Made by a program: the position numbers and the translations under genes. The notes under the pieces are model-generated. The model had not been told where the DNA came from. It searched no databases and saw nothing but the letters and a program-made list of their open reading frames with translations. Positions 52,407-64,000 of a stretch of 64,000 nt of DNA are shown piece after piece; position 1 is the first letter of the stretch, and the number at the start of each line of letters is the position of its first letter. The DNA comes from Octopus sinensis (Eukaryota): positions 13,020,001 through 13,084,000 of the forward strand of contig NC_043018.1 in the NCBI RefSeq assembly GCF_006345805.1, read 5' to 3'.

Positions 52407-53370
52407 ACAATCTGCATATCTCTGTCTCTCTCTCATATATATATATACACCTATGCATATATATATATACCTCTATATATATACACACACACATACCCAT
52501 ATATATATAGAGAGAGAGAGAGACTGAGAAAAAAGAGATAAATAAAGATACGTGTATGAACATATATATACATACACAGTTACATAATATTACCAGTATA
52601 TACTGATACCTAGACAGCTGTAATATGTACTATATCTAGTAATATCAAGTAGCATGTTCTCTGGACCTTGTACTGCGAAATAGGGATGGTAGTGGCTCAT
52701 CAGAGAAATAAGCCCTGAGAAGTGGAGTGGCTACTACATCAGGGCGCGGCTGAGTACCGCACGTTTTGAGATATATGGTCCATCACCCCTCTCCCCCATT
52801 TCTCTTCTTTTTTTTCAGCCTTTTAAAGTAAATAAACTCTGAAAATATCTTTATACATCTATGGTCGTTCTTCAGTCTCTCTATTTTGACATTTGCTCAA
52901 ACTTATCCCTTCTTCTAACCAACTCACCTCATTCTGGAGTACCTTCTCTGATTAGAAGTTGCATTTTAAGAATTAAATCCAAGTGCTTAGTGCCTAACTA
53001 TTCCTGCTAGCATTCTCATACACACTATATGCATACATTTATCTATAGTCATATAAGTACATACATTCACATCTATATATATCACATATACATACTTGAC
53101 ACCTCTGTCGAGTACAGATCAGAATGAAGGCCGCTCACCTAATGAGGAGCAACTACCTTTAAAGTAGACTAGCAAGTGTCTTGTTGCAGCAAGACAGACA
53201 TCACAGGGCTGTGTCCTCTTCAATCCAGACAACAGACTATTGTTGTGAAAGCCGTGGGTGCCTGTGTGCCTTCAGCTCTGGACTGTCGAGTCACATGCAC
53301 TCTCATCACTGAGAACACAGACTTTCTCATTGTCAGACACAAATGCACTACCAACTTATACATATATAAA

Positions 53371-53775
53371 ACTAGCAGTATCGCCCAGCATTGCTCAGGT
53401 CTGTTTCAACCCCTTAGAATTGGAATTTTTGAAAAGTAAAAATTTTGCATTATGTAGTTTGTTATTCTTTTTAAGCGAACATTTTTCTGGTTGAAATACA
53501 CCAAAAATTGGCAACACAGCAGTAAAAAAAATCGTAAAAAATAGGGATTTTCATAGGGAAAAAAGCACCTTTTTGATGTAAATAATTTTTGGTGTTAACA
53601 TGATCTGATTTGAATTTTTTCTTCTACGGAATGAAGAGCAAGCCTTCTTCTATCATACTCTCAATTTTGGTCAACTTGCACCCCAGGGTCTCGGAGGAGA
53701 CAGTGTTAGTTAAAGGCTACCGACACCTGCCACACACACACACACACAGACAACTTCAGCTTTATATATATAGAT
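53371..53775 (+). mobile_element. Non-autonomous Helitron/Helentron-type (HINE/DINE-like) element
   Basis: 5' ACTAGCAGTATCGCCCAGCATTGCTCAGG (short hairpin), subterminal (CA)n/CAGA repeat, 3' TTTATATATATAGAT. Confidence 0.6.
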
Positions 53776-54399
53776 TAGAAAGGGATTTCTCCAAATGTGT
53801 AGACATGCACATTTGTACATTGTTTACTATTCATGTTCCAAATGTCAAATGAAGTTCAAGGCAGATTTTCTTTAGCTGAATGCCTTTCCTTATGTCAATC
53901 CTCACTTTCTTCCAAGCAAAGTACTATCTCCCCATAGACAGACATGTATTTGCAGAATACGGAAAATAGCTTGTATGACAATGACAAATATACATAAATA
54001 CATCCCCGGAGCATGCTCCCACAAAAATGTTATATTCTTTGACACCTGGTAACTCATTTTCATTGTTTTTTTAGCTTTAACCCATTACAAATAAGTGGAG
54101 GGAGCCATGCTAAGCGTTAAACAAAGGAAACATCCTAAAATGCTGCTGGAAATTTGAAAACTCAGTCAATGTGAAAAGTCTGAGGAGTTTCAAACAGATC
54201 CATCCATGTGACTTACCGTTACTTACACAAGAGATAAGTTTGAAGCAGCTGAAATTGTTCAGAATGTCCACAAGAAATGTTCTGGGAGACCATGGGGCAT
54301 CATTGAGCTTCAGAAACAAGAAAATCTGTGGGGAGCCTAGAAATTTCAAATGAAAACATCCCTCACACTTTCATGTCCTGTTATTGGAAATATCCTGTT

Positions 54400-54800
54400 A
54401 ATTTATGAAGAGTTACAATATGGGGTGGCTTATCAACAGAAGGATTAAGTGTAGAATTCTTTTATTGATGGTATTCTGACTGGCACCATTTACTGGAACT
54501 TACTACAACAATCTGTCACGCCAAGCATCCATGTGGACTTTGAAGATGTGGAGTTTATTTCCAGCGATATAGGGCACCCTTACACTACCGTAGTAATGTA
54601 AGGGTTTACTTTGATGAGATTTGGCTAAACCGGTGGGTCTGACAAAAAATTTAGGTGGAATACCCTCTGCCTTCACCAGACCTTACACCATTAGACCTTT
54701 TTTTTTTTATAACAGGGTTACTTAAAACAAAGTATACAGTACAAAACCAGCAACAGTCACTGAATCGAGAGCAGAAATGCTGCAGGTTTCTTGGTGTTTG
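54400..54800 (+). mobile_element. Tc1/mariner-superfamily transposase C-terminal fragment
   Basis: YPLPSPDLTPLDLFF (decayed WPPRSPDLTPLDF), GAP.HY, DGILTGTIY. Confidence 0.7.
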
Positions 54801-54870
54801 CGATTCCATTGCTTGGACAAGAAGAATCAGCAGTTTGAAAACAAGCATTCATATAAAACTTCAATGTATA

Positions 54871-55270
54871 GGCGCAAGAGTGGCTGTGTGGTAAGTAGCT
54901 TGTTTACCAACCACACGGTTCTGGGTTCTGTCCCACTGCGTGGCACCTTGGGCAAGTGTCTTCTACTATAGCCTCGGGCCGACCAAAGCCCTGTGAGTGG
55001 ATTTGGTAGACGGAAACTGAAAGAAGCCCTTTGTATATATGTGTGTGTGTGTGTGTATATATATATATGTATGTGTATCTGTGTTTGTACCTCCAACATC
55101 GTTTGACAACTGATGCTGGTGTGTTTATGTCCCCGTAACTTAGCGGTTCGGCAAAAAGAGACCGATAGAATAAGTACTAGGCTTACAAAGAATAAGTTCT
55201 GGGGGTTGATTTGCTCAACTAAAGGCAGTGCTCCAGCATGGCCACAGTCACATGACTTAAGTCAAAGAGT
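54871..55270 (+). mobile_element. SINE family A
   Basis: Full-length match to the other copies. Confidence 0.9.
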
Positions 55271-55549
55271 ATGTATGCATTTTTATGAGACACCCTGATT
55301 ATATAAACACATTTTATACAAACACACCAATGAATTTTCGCATTATATCCTCTTCCTCTATTCTGAATAACCTGTTAAACCTTGCCCTTTTCCCCTTGAA
55401 GGTACTTGATCCAAATGGTTTGCAGGAATGAGGAAATTTCTAATCCATTCAACAGTATCTGCTTGATTAAAATCAATTCGTCACGTACAAGAGCCCTCTC
55501 CAAGCTAGCAAGTCTTCACACAAACCGTGTTTCTTAGCACTAACAAACC

Positions 55550-58500
55550 GTACCCCAACTGTCTTCCTTAGCCTTTCTACCAAGTCCACAACATTTTGGC
55601 ACAAAGTTAGGACTAGTGAGATTAGTGAAACCCTTGAGCTAAGGGCAGATAAAATGTGTGTAGTGTGCTAAAGGCATAATAGAGGGCAACCTCAGCTAGA
55701 TTCCACATGGGCAAAGTACACAAGTACAAATTCTTTTGGGTAGACAGTTGTGATGGTGTGGGAGGCGTAGGCGTATTTTTGTTAGAAAACTAAGTACCTG
55801 AGGTAGTCAGAGTGTGAGATAGGGTAGTTAAGGTTAGTATTATATAAATTAACAGTTACACTTACTTCTGCCTATGCTTAGTCTGGGCTGGCAGAGGAAC
55901 AGAAAGACCAATTTTAGGAGACTCTTTTACAGATTACCTTGTTGACGAATGGCAGTGATTTCATTATTAAAGTTGGTAACTTCAATGGACATGAATTCCA
56001 GAGAGTGCATCAAGGTTATAGCTTTGGCACTGGAAATGAGGGAACAAAGCTGCCAGAGTTCTGTGATGCAAATGATTTGATTGTCTACAAGACAAACTTC
56101 AGGAAACCAGCCAGCCATCTGATCCCCTATCAATTTAGGGGACATACAAGCCTGGTTTATTATACTCTTACCAGAAATCAGGACAGACATGCTTGTAAAT
56201 GCAAGTTTTTTCTCAGGTGAAAAATGTACAACTGTACATAGGATAGTGACTTTAGATTCAGAGCAAGAAGGACACAGAGAAACAAACTAGTCTAGCAAAG
56301 AAAGATATGGAAGACCAAAGACCCAGCAATCAGTCAGAAAATTCTAGTTAAAGCATCTGCAAAAAAGGGAGGATTTATAGCAGAGAGGATAACTGAAAGT
56401 TCCTGTGGAACAATCCACTGAGAGCTAAAGGACTAAATCTGTGACTGGTACAAAATACTGGCCAGTTCAAGGGTGATGTGGTGAGGAAACAGTGAGGTAG
56501 ACAGAGTATAAAAGTGGAAAGACTGGAAAAAACAGAGGCAGCAGACTTATGTCAGACAAGCCAGAAGAGAAGCTGGGGAAAGATTTAGCAAAGAGAGAAG
56601 CAGAAAGTAAGTTTTGCCAATGTTCTTCAGAGTGAGGCTCAGAAGTTTGAGGTGTTCCAGATTGGAAGACAAATGTATCAGAGGAAAATCAAAATGTTGA
56701 AAGGAGTCCGGACGCAGATGGGAAGAGAGTAACACTTGCTCTTAGCGATTCTGGAAGTACTACTATGAAAAGTTAGTAAATATGTTGCCAACAGAGGGAG
56801 CAGCTATCCTTGTTGATAGCAGTATGATAGATAAGACAACCAGGAAAGCCTCCAGTCCACCAGGAACCACTGCTAAAATATCCAGTAGAATAGGTTAAGG
56901 CCAGCTTTCACCCATGTAATTAATATGGTTAGTCATGGTTTACAGGAAGGAGTCATACACAACGATTGGTAGAGCAGCAGCATTATGGTCAGCCGTTACA
57001 AGGATAAAGAAGATGCCTAAGGATTACAAAGGTATCAGATTATTGGAACAGGTGAAGAGAAAGAGTTGTAGCCCAATTAATTAGAAACAGAATTTGGTTA
57101 GATGAAACGTTTGGTTTTGTGCCAGAGAGAACTACTGATTCCACCTGCAGGAGAAAAGATTATCTGCCAACATAACATGGTAGTCCTGGTTTAGGACGAA
57201 TGTTGCTGTAATTTAGCTCCAGGAGACATTGTCTCTAGCTGGCTGTATGATACAATCTGTGTCCTTATATTTTCAAACAAGGGAATCTAGCACTCCTACT
57301 CAGCTCAAAACAATTATTCTGGGTTATTTCCCTTCATCAGCCCAGAATAACTGTTTGGCTGATGAAGAGAAATAACCCAGAAATCGTGATACACAGATAC
57401 TGTTTTGAGCTGAGTGGGGGTGCTAGATTCCCTTGTTTGAAAATATAAAGGACACAGATCGTGTCGTATAGCCAGCTGGATGGAGATGATGTCTCCTCGG
57501 GCTAAATTCCAGCAACATCTGTCCTAAACCAAGACTGCCATGTTATGTTGGCAGATAATCTTTACTCCAAAGTTCTGTTGCTGAATATCTCCTCTTGTGA
57601 GATTTACAAATAGTAAATTTTCTAACTGCAGCAGAAGTATTTAAAAGTAAGCCATTGTACTCGGCACTCAGTGACATGGTGAAAGCCCTCAATACTCTCT
57701 TGCTCCTTTGTTCAGTAGTCTTTGAGGAAGCTAAGAGTAGACAAATAGCATGTGAGATCCATACGTGCCATGAACAGGTGCTGTTAGTAAGGTGAGTCAG
57801 CTACATGTACAGCAATGAATTTAGAGTATAGGCAAGAGTTAACCACTAATCAGTTCTCTGTCCTTTTTATATTTATTATAGTCCTTCAGGCCATAACAGA
57901 GGGATTTAAGAGGAAATGCATTTGAAACTACTTTATGCCGAAGACTTCATTATTATAGCTGAATCTGTAGTAAAATTAGAAAAGAATCCCAGGTGTGGAA
58001 GCAAAAACCCAGGTTTGAAGGAACTTCAAATTAACTTAGCAAAAACCAAAATTCTAGTAAGTAGGAAAACAGGCAAGAGACTCTTCTAGCTCAATATGTA
58101 GGAGGCTTAGGCAGGCATTCCATACAGTGTACGCAGTGCAAGCTAAGGACACACGAAGGTTAATGGAGAGAGTAGTGTTTGTATGTGGAACATAAAGGCC
58201 AAAAACACTAAGGACACAAAGGAATATTTTCACAAATGCTCTAGACGCTACCTAGTAGTAGTAGTAGTTTCTGTTATCTAGGTGACCTAATTAGCAGTGA
58301 ATTACGATGTTCTGAAAGCATAATTGCCAGAATAAAAATGAGATGGAAGTTTAGAGAGTGACAACCTCTGTTTTTTTTTCTCGGAGAAAAAGGCAGATTG
58401 TATGATGCTTGTGTATGAACAATGCTAGAACATTATAGTGACATACGGGCTCCGAATGCAGAATACATGTGAACACTAGAGCGGAATGAAAGAGGCTCTG

Positions 58501-59305
58501 TTGGATGAGCAACATATCGGCGTGTATGCATGGCAAAATGAAAATATTTTGAGAGAAAAATCGGATGACATATAAAGTGATGATCATTTAAAGTGGACGG
58601 AACTGATGCATGAGGGAGACTCAGGAGGACATGAGATGAAGTAGAGAAAGCTGATTTTAAGATGCTGAACCTCACGCTGACCCCTGCCACACATCTTACC
58701 CATTCCTGTCTTGGCAGCAGAATCAGCACATATCATACCCACCCACCCCTTTTTTATGCTACCAGTTACCTCCTCTGTCCCTTGGAGCCATTATCTATTA
58801 ACATCCATTCTTTCCTCCACATTTTCACAGATCACTCCCTTTCTGTATCTTCAGCCTTCCATATCCCATTCTCATATTTACTATCCTCCCTCCACTATAG
58901 CCAGAGAGATGAAGATCAAAAGCACCTCGTCACCACCATCATCTTTTCAGCTACTCCCATAGGGTAGCCATGCATTTCGGCCATAGCAAGACAGTCAACT
59001 TTAGCCCCTCAAAACCTAGCAAAAGGATGCTTCCCCCTTCTTAAACACCCCCAACACATTAACCAAGGGGACTTTATCCTTTCCTTCTCATACAAATTAC
59101 TTGACAACCTCACTACTGCTGCCAGCAACACAAAACAAGCACCCAGTTGTCCACCCTGTAAAGCGGTTGGCATTAGGAAGGGCCTCGTCCAGCTGTAGAA
59201 ATCATGCCAAAGCAGACACTGGAGCTCAACAGTCCCGGAGCTTGTCAGAACCTGTCAAACCTTCCAACACATGCCACTAGAGAAAACAGGTGTTAAATGA
59301 TAATA
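55550..59305 (+). mobile_element. Near full-length, heavily decayed RTE-type LINE (AP endonuclease, RT, 3' tail)
   Basis: GNFNGH and EFCDANDLIVYKTNFRKPASHLI (APE); FGFVP, LLYAED (decayed YADD), NLAKTK (RT); RLYDACV; pyrimidine-rich UTR and tail. Confidence 0.85.
57150..57624. mobile_element. Foldback insertion (Penelope-like inverted pLTRs) with hammerhead-like cores, inside the RTE LINE
   Basis: 57150-57312 is a diverged reverse complement of 57401-57568; the inner IR (57317-57342 / 57357-57382) carries CTGATGA..GAA; LINE sequence CTGCAG(G/C)AGAA occurs on both sides. Confidence 0.75.
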
Positions 59306-59639
59306 ATGCACATACACATGGCTATAAACATGCATAATTATGTGTCATTCTCATTTTGCCTACCTCTGAAGTATATTGTATTCCTATAAACAGGTTTTTG
59401 TCCTAGACACAAAACTGCAGTTTCTGGCTTTTCAATGATACAAATACAGGATGTTTGGGCTAAATTTGGTGATTTTTTTAATGTCCCCTATTTTTTCTGG
59501 AACAGCTTGGTGTATTTGTGAACAGTTAAGGGCGTTGGAGAGCAAAAAGATTAAAATTGTAATTGAGAAAAAGTTAGCTAACAAGGAGGACCGGAGGACA
59601 TTTGAATATCAGAGAAGAGTTATCTGTATCCCGACTGCT

Positions 59640-59960
59640 GCTGCTGCTCAATGCTGTGACCACTGGGGACACAGCAGATGGGGACACGGCAGATGGTCTG
59701 ACTGCATCCACATCGTTGAGCAGGGCCTTAGGCTCAATTCAGACAGTTGTGTGAAGCTGCTGGAAGATTCTATGGGGAGTGGCAGGATTCAGTTCCTTGC
59801 CAAAAAGTGACAAGTGATTACTGGAGACTTTCTACAACTTTGCCAGCAACCAATGTCTGGCTTTCTATGGATTGCGTATGGGGTGTGGGTGAGAAAAGAC
59901 GCAAGGCCAAGCTGAAGGTGTTTGAATAGCTTTCAAGGAAATGCATGTGCCAGGTTCTGG
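59640..59960 (+). mobile_element. Possible decayed Tc1-like transposase fragment
   Basis: QGLRLNSDSCVKLLE and WQDSVPC (QQDSAPCH-like) remnants. Confidence 0.4.
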
Positions 59961-62895
59961 AGTCATGGAGAAAACTGAAAGTAGCTCCCCTGCCATAATC
60001 TGGTAAATATTTTTAAAATACTTTTATTTTTGGCTGGGACATTCATTCTTTTTCCTTTTATGCAAACTCTTAAATTTAGCCTGAACACTATATATGTTAT
60101 GTAATATATGTATACACATATATATATATATATATATATATAGCTTATATACACACATATACAATGGGCTTCCTCTATTTCCAAATCCTCTCAAAAGCCC
60201 AGGGTTATAGTAACAGACACTTGTCAAAGGTAGTACACTGTGCAATCTAATCTGAAGCTATGCTGTTGCAAAGAAAACTTCTTCACCACAAAACAATGCC
60301 TGACTGACTTCATTTATATATATATATATTTATATGTGTGAGTGTGAGTGGACAAATGAAAGAGGCACTCAACAGGTTTAGTAGGAGTCACATGTATTAT
60401 CTAAAATGGAAGAGGCCTCGAAGGGGGGGGGTCTGTCATATATATATATATATTTATACATAGTTTACTCTGATTATCATTTAAGCTACACATAGTACTG
60501 CTGTAGCATGTGTGCTGTGTACACTCCTACAACACGGTTGTCTTTACACACGATAAAAGGCAGAATTAAATCTGCCTGCAACTCAGTCGCATGCCTGTAT
60601 TTCGTTTATTTTTTGTGTTTTTTACTACATAGAGGCCACCAACTGTCTACCCTGAGTAATTACTGACAGCATGTGCCAGATATATATGTACGCACACACA
60701 CAAAATAGAAACAGTTGGAATAATTTAATGCCCAGTCTGCCAAAGTGCAGGAGCTAGGTAGAATTATTCACTATTAGAATTAATGATATATAGAAAATAT
60801 TTCAAAGGTAAGGTTTAATCGTATAAATAGACCTGTTTTTTTTTTTCAATTTTGTAAATTCATTCCCTCCTGCCCCCCTATTTGTTAATATGTCCGGCAG
60901 CAGACCCTTGTTCAAACTGTATTACTAATTCCTCAGTCACATGTAACATTATATTTGAGTCTGAATATCTGTTATTATTCTCAAACACAACCATTGTCCC
61001 TCCTTCTGTTTTCTACTCTATAAATTGCCCATACCTCTAAAAACCAAGTAGATATTGTTGATAAATGATAAATGACAGGGTGGTATTGAGTAGCCATTAC
61101 AGGGAAAGAAAGTTTTTCAACTCAAGAAAATATCTGAAAAGTGTGAAGGGACACAGCAAAATAGCAAAGTGAATTATTTGAAATAACGATGGAGGATAAC
61201 GAGTGATGATAATCATTTAGGTTTGTTTGTCAGTGTATGAAGGAAGGGATTCATTAGCAATGCCTAAATGAATTTGAATAAGTAATTGGGAAGAAAAGAA
61301 AATTCATATTGGGTGCACCAAAACACTTGTACATTCCCTAAGAAATGGAAATTTTAGCTAAGATTAAAATTTTTATTGAACCATGAAACATCTACAATAG
61401 TGACAAATGAGTGAGAGCACCTAATGTTGAAGTTTTTATCTGAAATATAATGTAGAAAATATATTGAAGATCATCAGACCAGAGACAGACTAAGGAAAGT
61501 AGCTGGTCTACAAATGTTGTGATAGAAGAGGCAAGTTAGAAATATATAAAGTGTGAGGAACAGCTCTTCATCTACACAAACGAAGACCTAAAAACAGGGC
61601 TGCAAGTGGTAAGAGATAGGTTTTAGCTATTTGCTGATATTTAAACATTTGAGGAGAGATAAAGGAAACTTACTTCAATATAACAACAATAATTCTCAAT
61701 AAAAAAATAAAAAAAAAAAGGACGGCTGTGTCATGCTGGAGCAATAAATGTATGAGGATGATAGTCAAAGTTGGGCAGTGAGAGCTGAAGACAAGTATTT
61801 TATAGAGGCTGAACTGTAAACATTCATTCAAATCTGACCAAAAAAGAGATTGAAGTTCCTTCGAACAAAAATCAAATCAAAACAATTTCTATTCATCAAA
61901 TTAGAAATATTTTAGACTTTGTCATCAAGCATTGGAAAAAAAAAAAAAAAAAATTAAACAAAAAACTTACAAATAAAAAAAATTTAATTTGAATACGTTT
62001 TCTTAGTATTTTTTTTTTTTTATTTCCTTGGAAAAAATGTTTGTAGTTTGGATTTGAGTGTATCATGGCTACTTGAACAAAAGATGAAATGTATTTTAAT
62101 CTGTCCTTGGTACTGGATATTTAGAAAATGTTTCAAAGGAGAATAAGGGAGTTGAAGCCCATATACCATGGGGAGAGTGGGAGGATTAAAGCTAGTTGAA
62201 TATAAGCAACCACTACAAATATGAGAGAAGGCAAACTAAAATCTGAAAATGCAGCTTCCATTGCTCAAATATAATCAATCATTGACTGAGTTGGTCCTTA
62301 AAGCCCTTAAGGGAAAGGAGGAGCCATTTTTAGATAAGTTTCCCAAACGTATGGCAAATTTGGATAAGACTATAAATATTCTTTTTAAATTTTGCAGGCA
62401 TACATTTTTTTGGAAAGATTTGGGAAACTTTAAACATATATATATATCAATATTGAAATTTTAGACTAAATTACCTTACAACTAAAATTTTATTTTCTAT
62501 AAATAGAATAAGTAACAGGAATGAGAAATTATAAACTTTTATAACTTGAAAAACTGAAATGAACAAATTCTAAAATAGGAATTTATTTCTTGCCTTGCAG
62601 TAAGTTGTCTAGATGCGAATAAAAAAATAAGTTATGAACATTTCTCATACAAATACAACAGAGTGGTCATCTCAACACAGGGAGGAGGAGGAGGAAAGGG
62701 GAGGGGGTACTGCACACAGCACACAATGGGGTTGGGGAGCCTGCTTAGTGAGCAAGGCAAACAGACTTTGAAAAAGTTTAGGTGAGCAAAGCGGCAAGAG
62801 AACTTTTCAATGTTTGAAGTGTTTATTTTAAGAGGTAAAAGTTTGAGGCAGTTAAACTTTCTGTTAGTGCAGATAGCTTGTTTACTGTCACCAGC

Positions 62896-62928
<33 letters not shown>

Positions 62929-64000
62929 ATTGTTGCTATAGATACTGGCCTGTACTGGAAAGTAGATTAACACACACACACACATCTTCAACTATCAAAT
63001 CTAAGCAAGCAAACTCTTTAAAACATTTTGGCCAAACAATATTTACAGATAATTAAGGCCATCTCAGATAAGTGTTTGGTTTGTCTATTCTTCTTGCACT
63101 CAACATTGTTGGAATTGAGGGTCAAAGAAAAGAGGGGGGAAAAAAACATCAAACAACAAAATAAATAACTTAAAAGATAAGTTGGAAACATTTGGGTTTT
63201 ACAAAATTTCTGGAGTGTTCATTTCTGAGGTAGGGGGCAAAAATAAAAAAAAAACAAAATAAAAATAAAAAAAATAGTCATCAGACTTGGTCAACTTCAA
63301 TTTTTACTTTGCCTTTACAAAAAGAGGAGGAACGAAAATGAAAAGATGTGGGAAGGGTTTAATAAAAGACAGTTTTAGAGAGTGACAAAATGAAAAATTA
63401 TACAAATGTTATACAAATATTTACACCTATGACTGATATCCACCTTTGTTGTTTTAACATTAAAAGGTTGAGGGACAGGGCCTTACAAACACAAGAGTTC
63501 ATCACATCAAACATGAGACAGCAATTCTCTTATTTAGCAGTTTTAAATAAAAGTGAAAGTGAATGGGGATCATGTGTAGGTGTGTGTATGTTTTGTGTGT
63601 GTGTGTGTGTGTGTGTATGACATGTACACTCAAGCGTTTTATTGGAAAAAAAGGTTTATTTTATTGCAATCAATGCACATCAGTATTTTCTTTTAAAACA
63701 AAATTGCTGTTTTCCTCTTTTTTTTTTTGAAGAAGGAAACAAGTTTAAGATTCCATGAAATGCAACAAACAATTAAAATCAGGAAAGTGATATAAAGGGG
63801 GCGTGGGGACAGATCTACAAAGCCGAAAATGACAGTGGAAGGGTGGGAGAATGGGTTAAGGGCTGGGGGTGGTAACTTGGAAATTTTTCTCTAATACATA
63901 AAACACCGAGATGGCTAACTGGCTATCTCTGGTGATACAATGCTGAAAAGACTCCAAACACAAGCAAATAACATATCTAAGTTATTAAACAATTTTTTTC

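Noticed and set aside
55799-55807. let-7-like TGAGGTAGT
   Set aside because: Only 9 nt match, inside a LINE relic, with no precursor hairpin.
60484-60525. Possible miRNA-like hairpin
   Set aside because: Stem is short and imperfect, with no recognisable mature miRNA.

Overview
AT-rich, microsatellite- and transposon-dense animal genomic DNA; the SINE families and repeat landscape suggest an octopus/coleoid cephalopod (inference). Three protein-coding genes are supported: (1) the first coding exon of an SLC49A3/MFSD7-like MFS transporter (minus strand, running off the left edge), next to a ~2.8 kb (TG)n/(TACA)n microsatellite; (2) a complete five-coding-exon LRRIQ3-like gene (plus, 14079-22809, ~731 aa, all splice phases consistent) with a candidate RFX X-box promoter and non-coding first exon; (3) a yippee/YPEL5 gene whose CDS has no intron (minus, 34901-35269), probably with a multi-kb 3'UTR. 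The rest is decayed mobile DNA: three tRNA-derived SINE families, mariner/Tc1, RTE, CR1 and RLE-type LINEs, Gypsy pieces, MITEs and Helitron-type elements. The most unusual signals are minimal hammerhead-ribozyme cores in short Penelope-like, (TA)n-embedded or foldback elements (best at 6629-6663), long hairpins that could be ADAR substrates, and two mariner relics 30 kb apart with patchy near-identity. All long ORFs in the track outside these genes are microsatellite artefacts. Family assignments come from motif recognition, not database searches.
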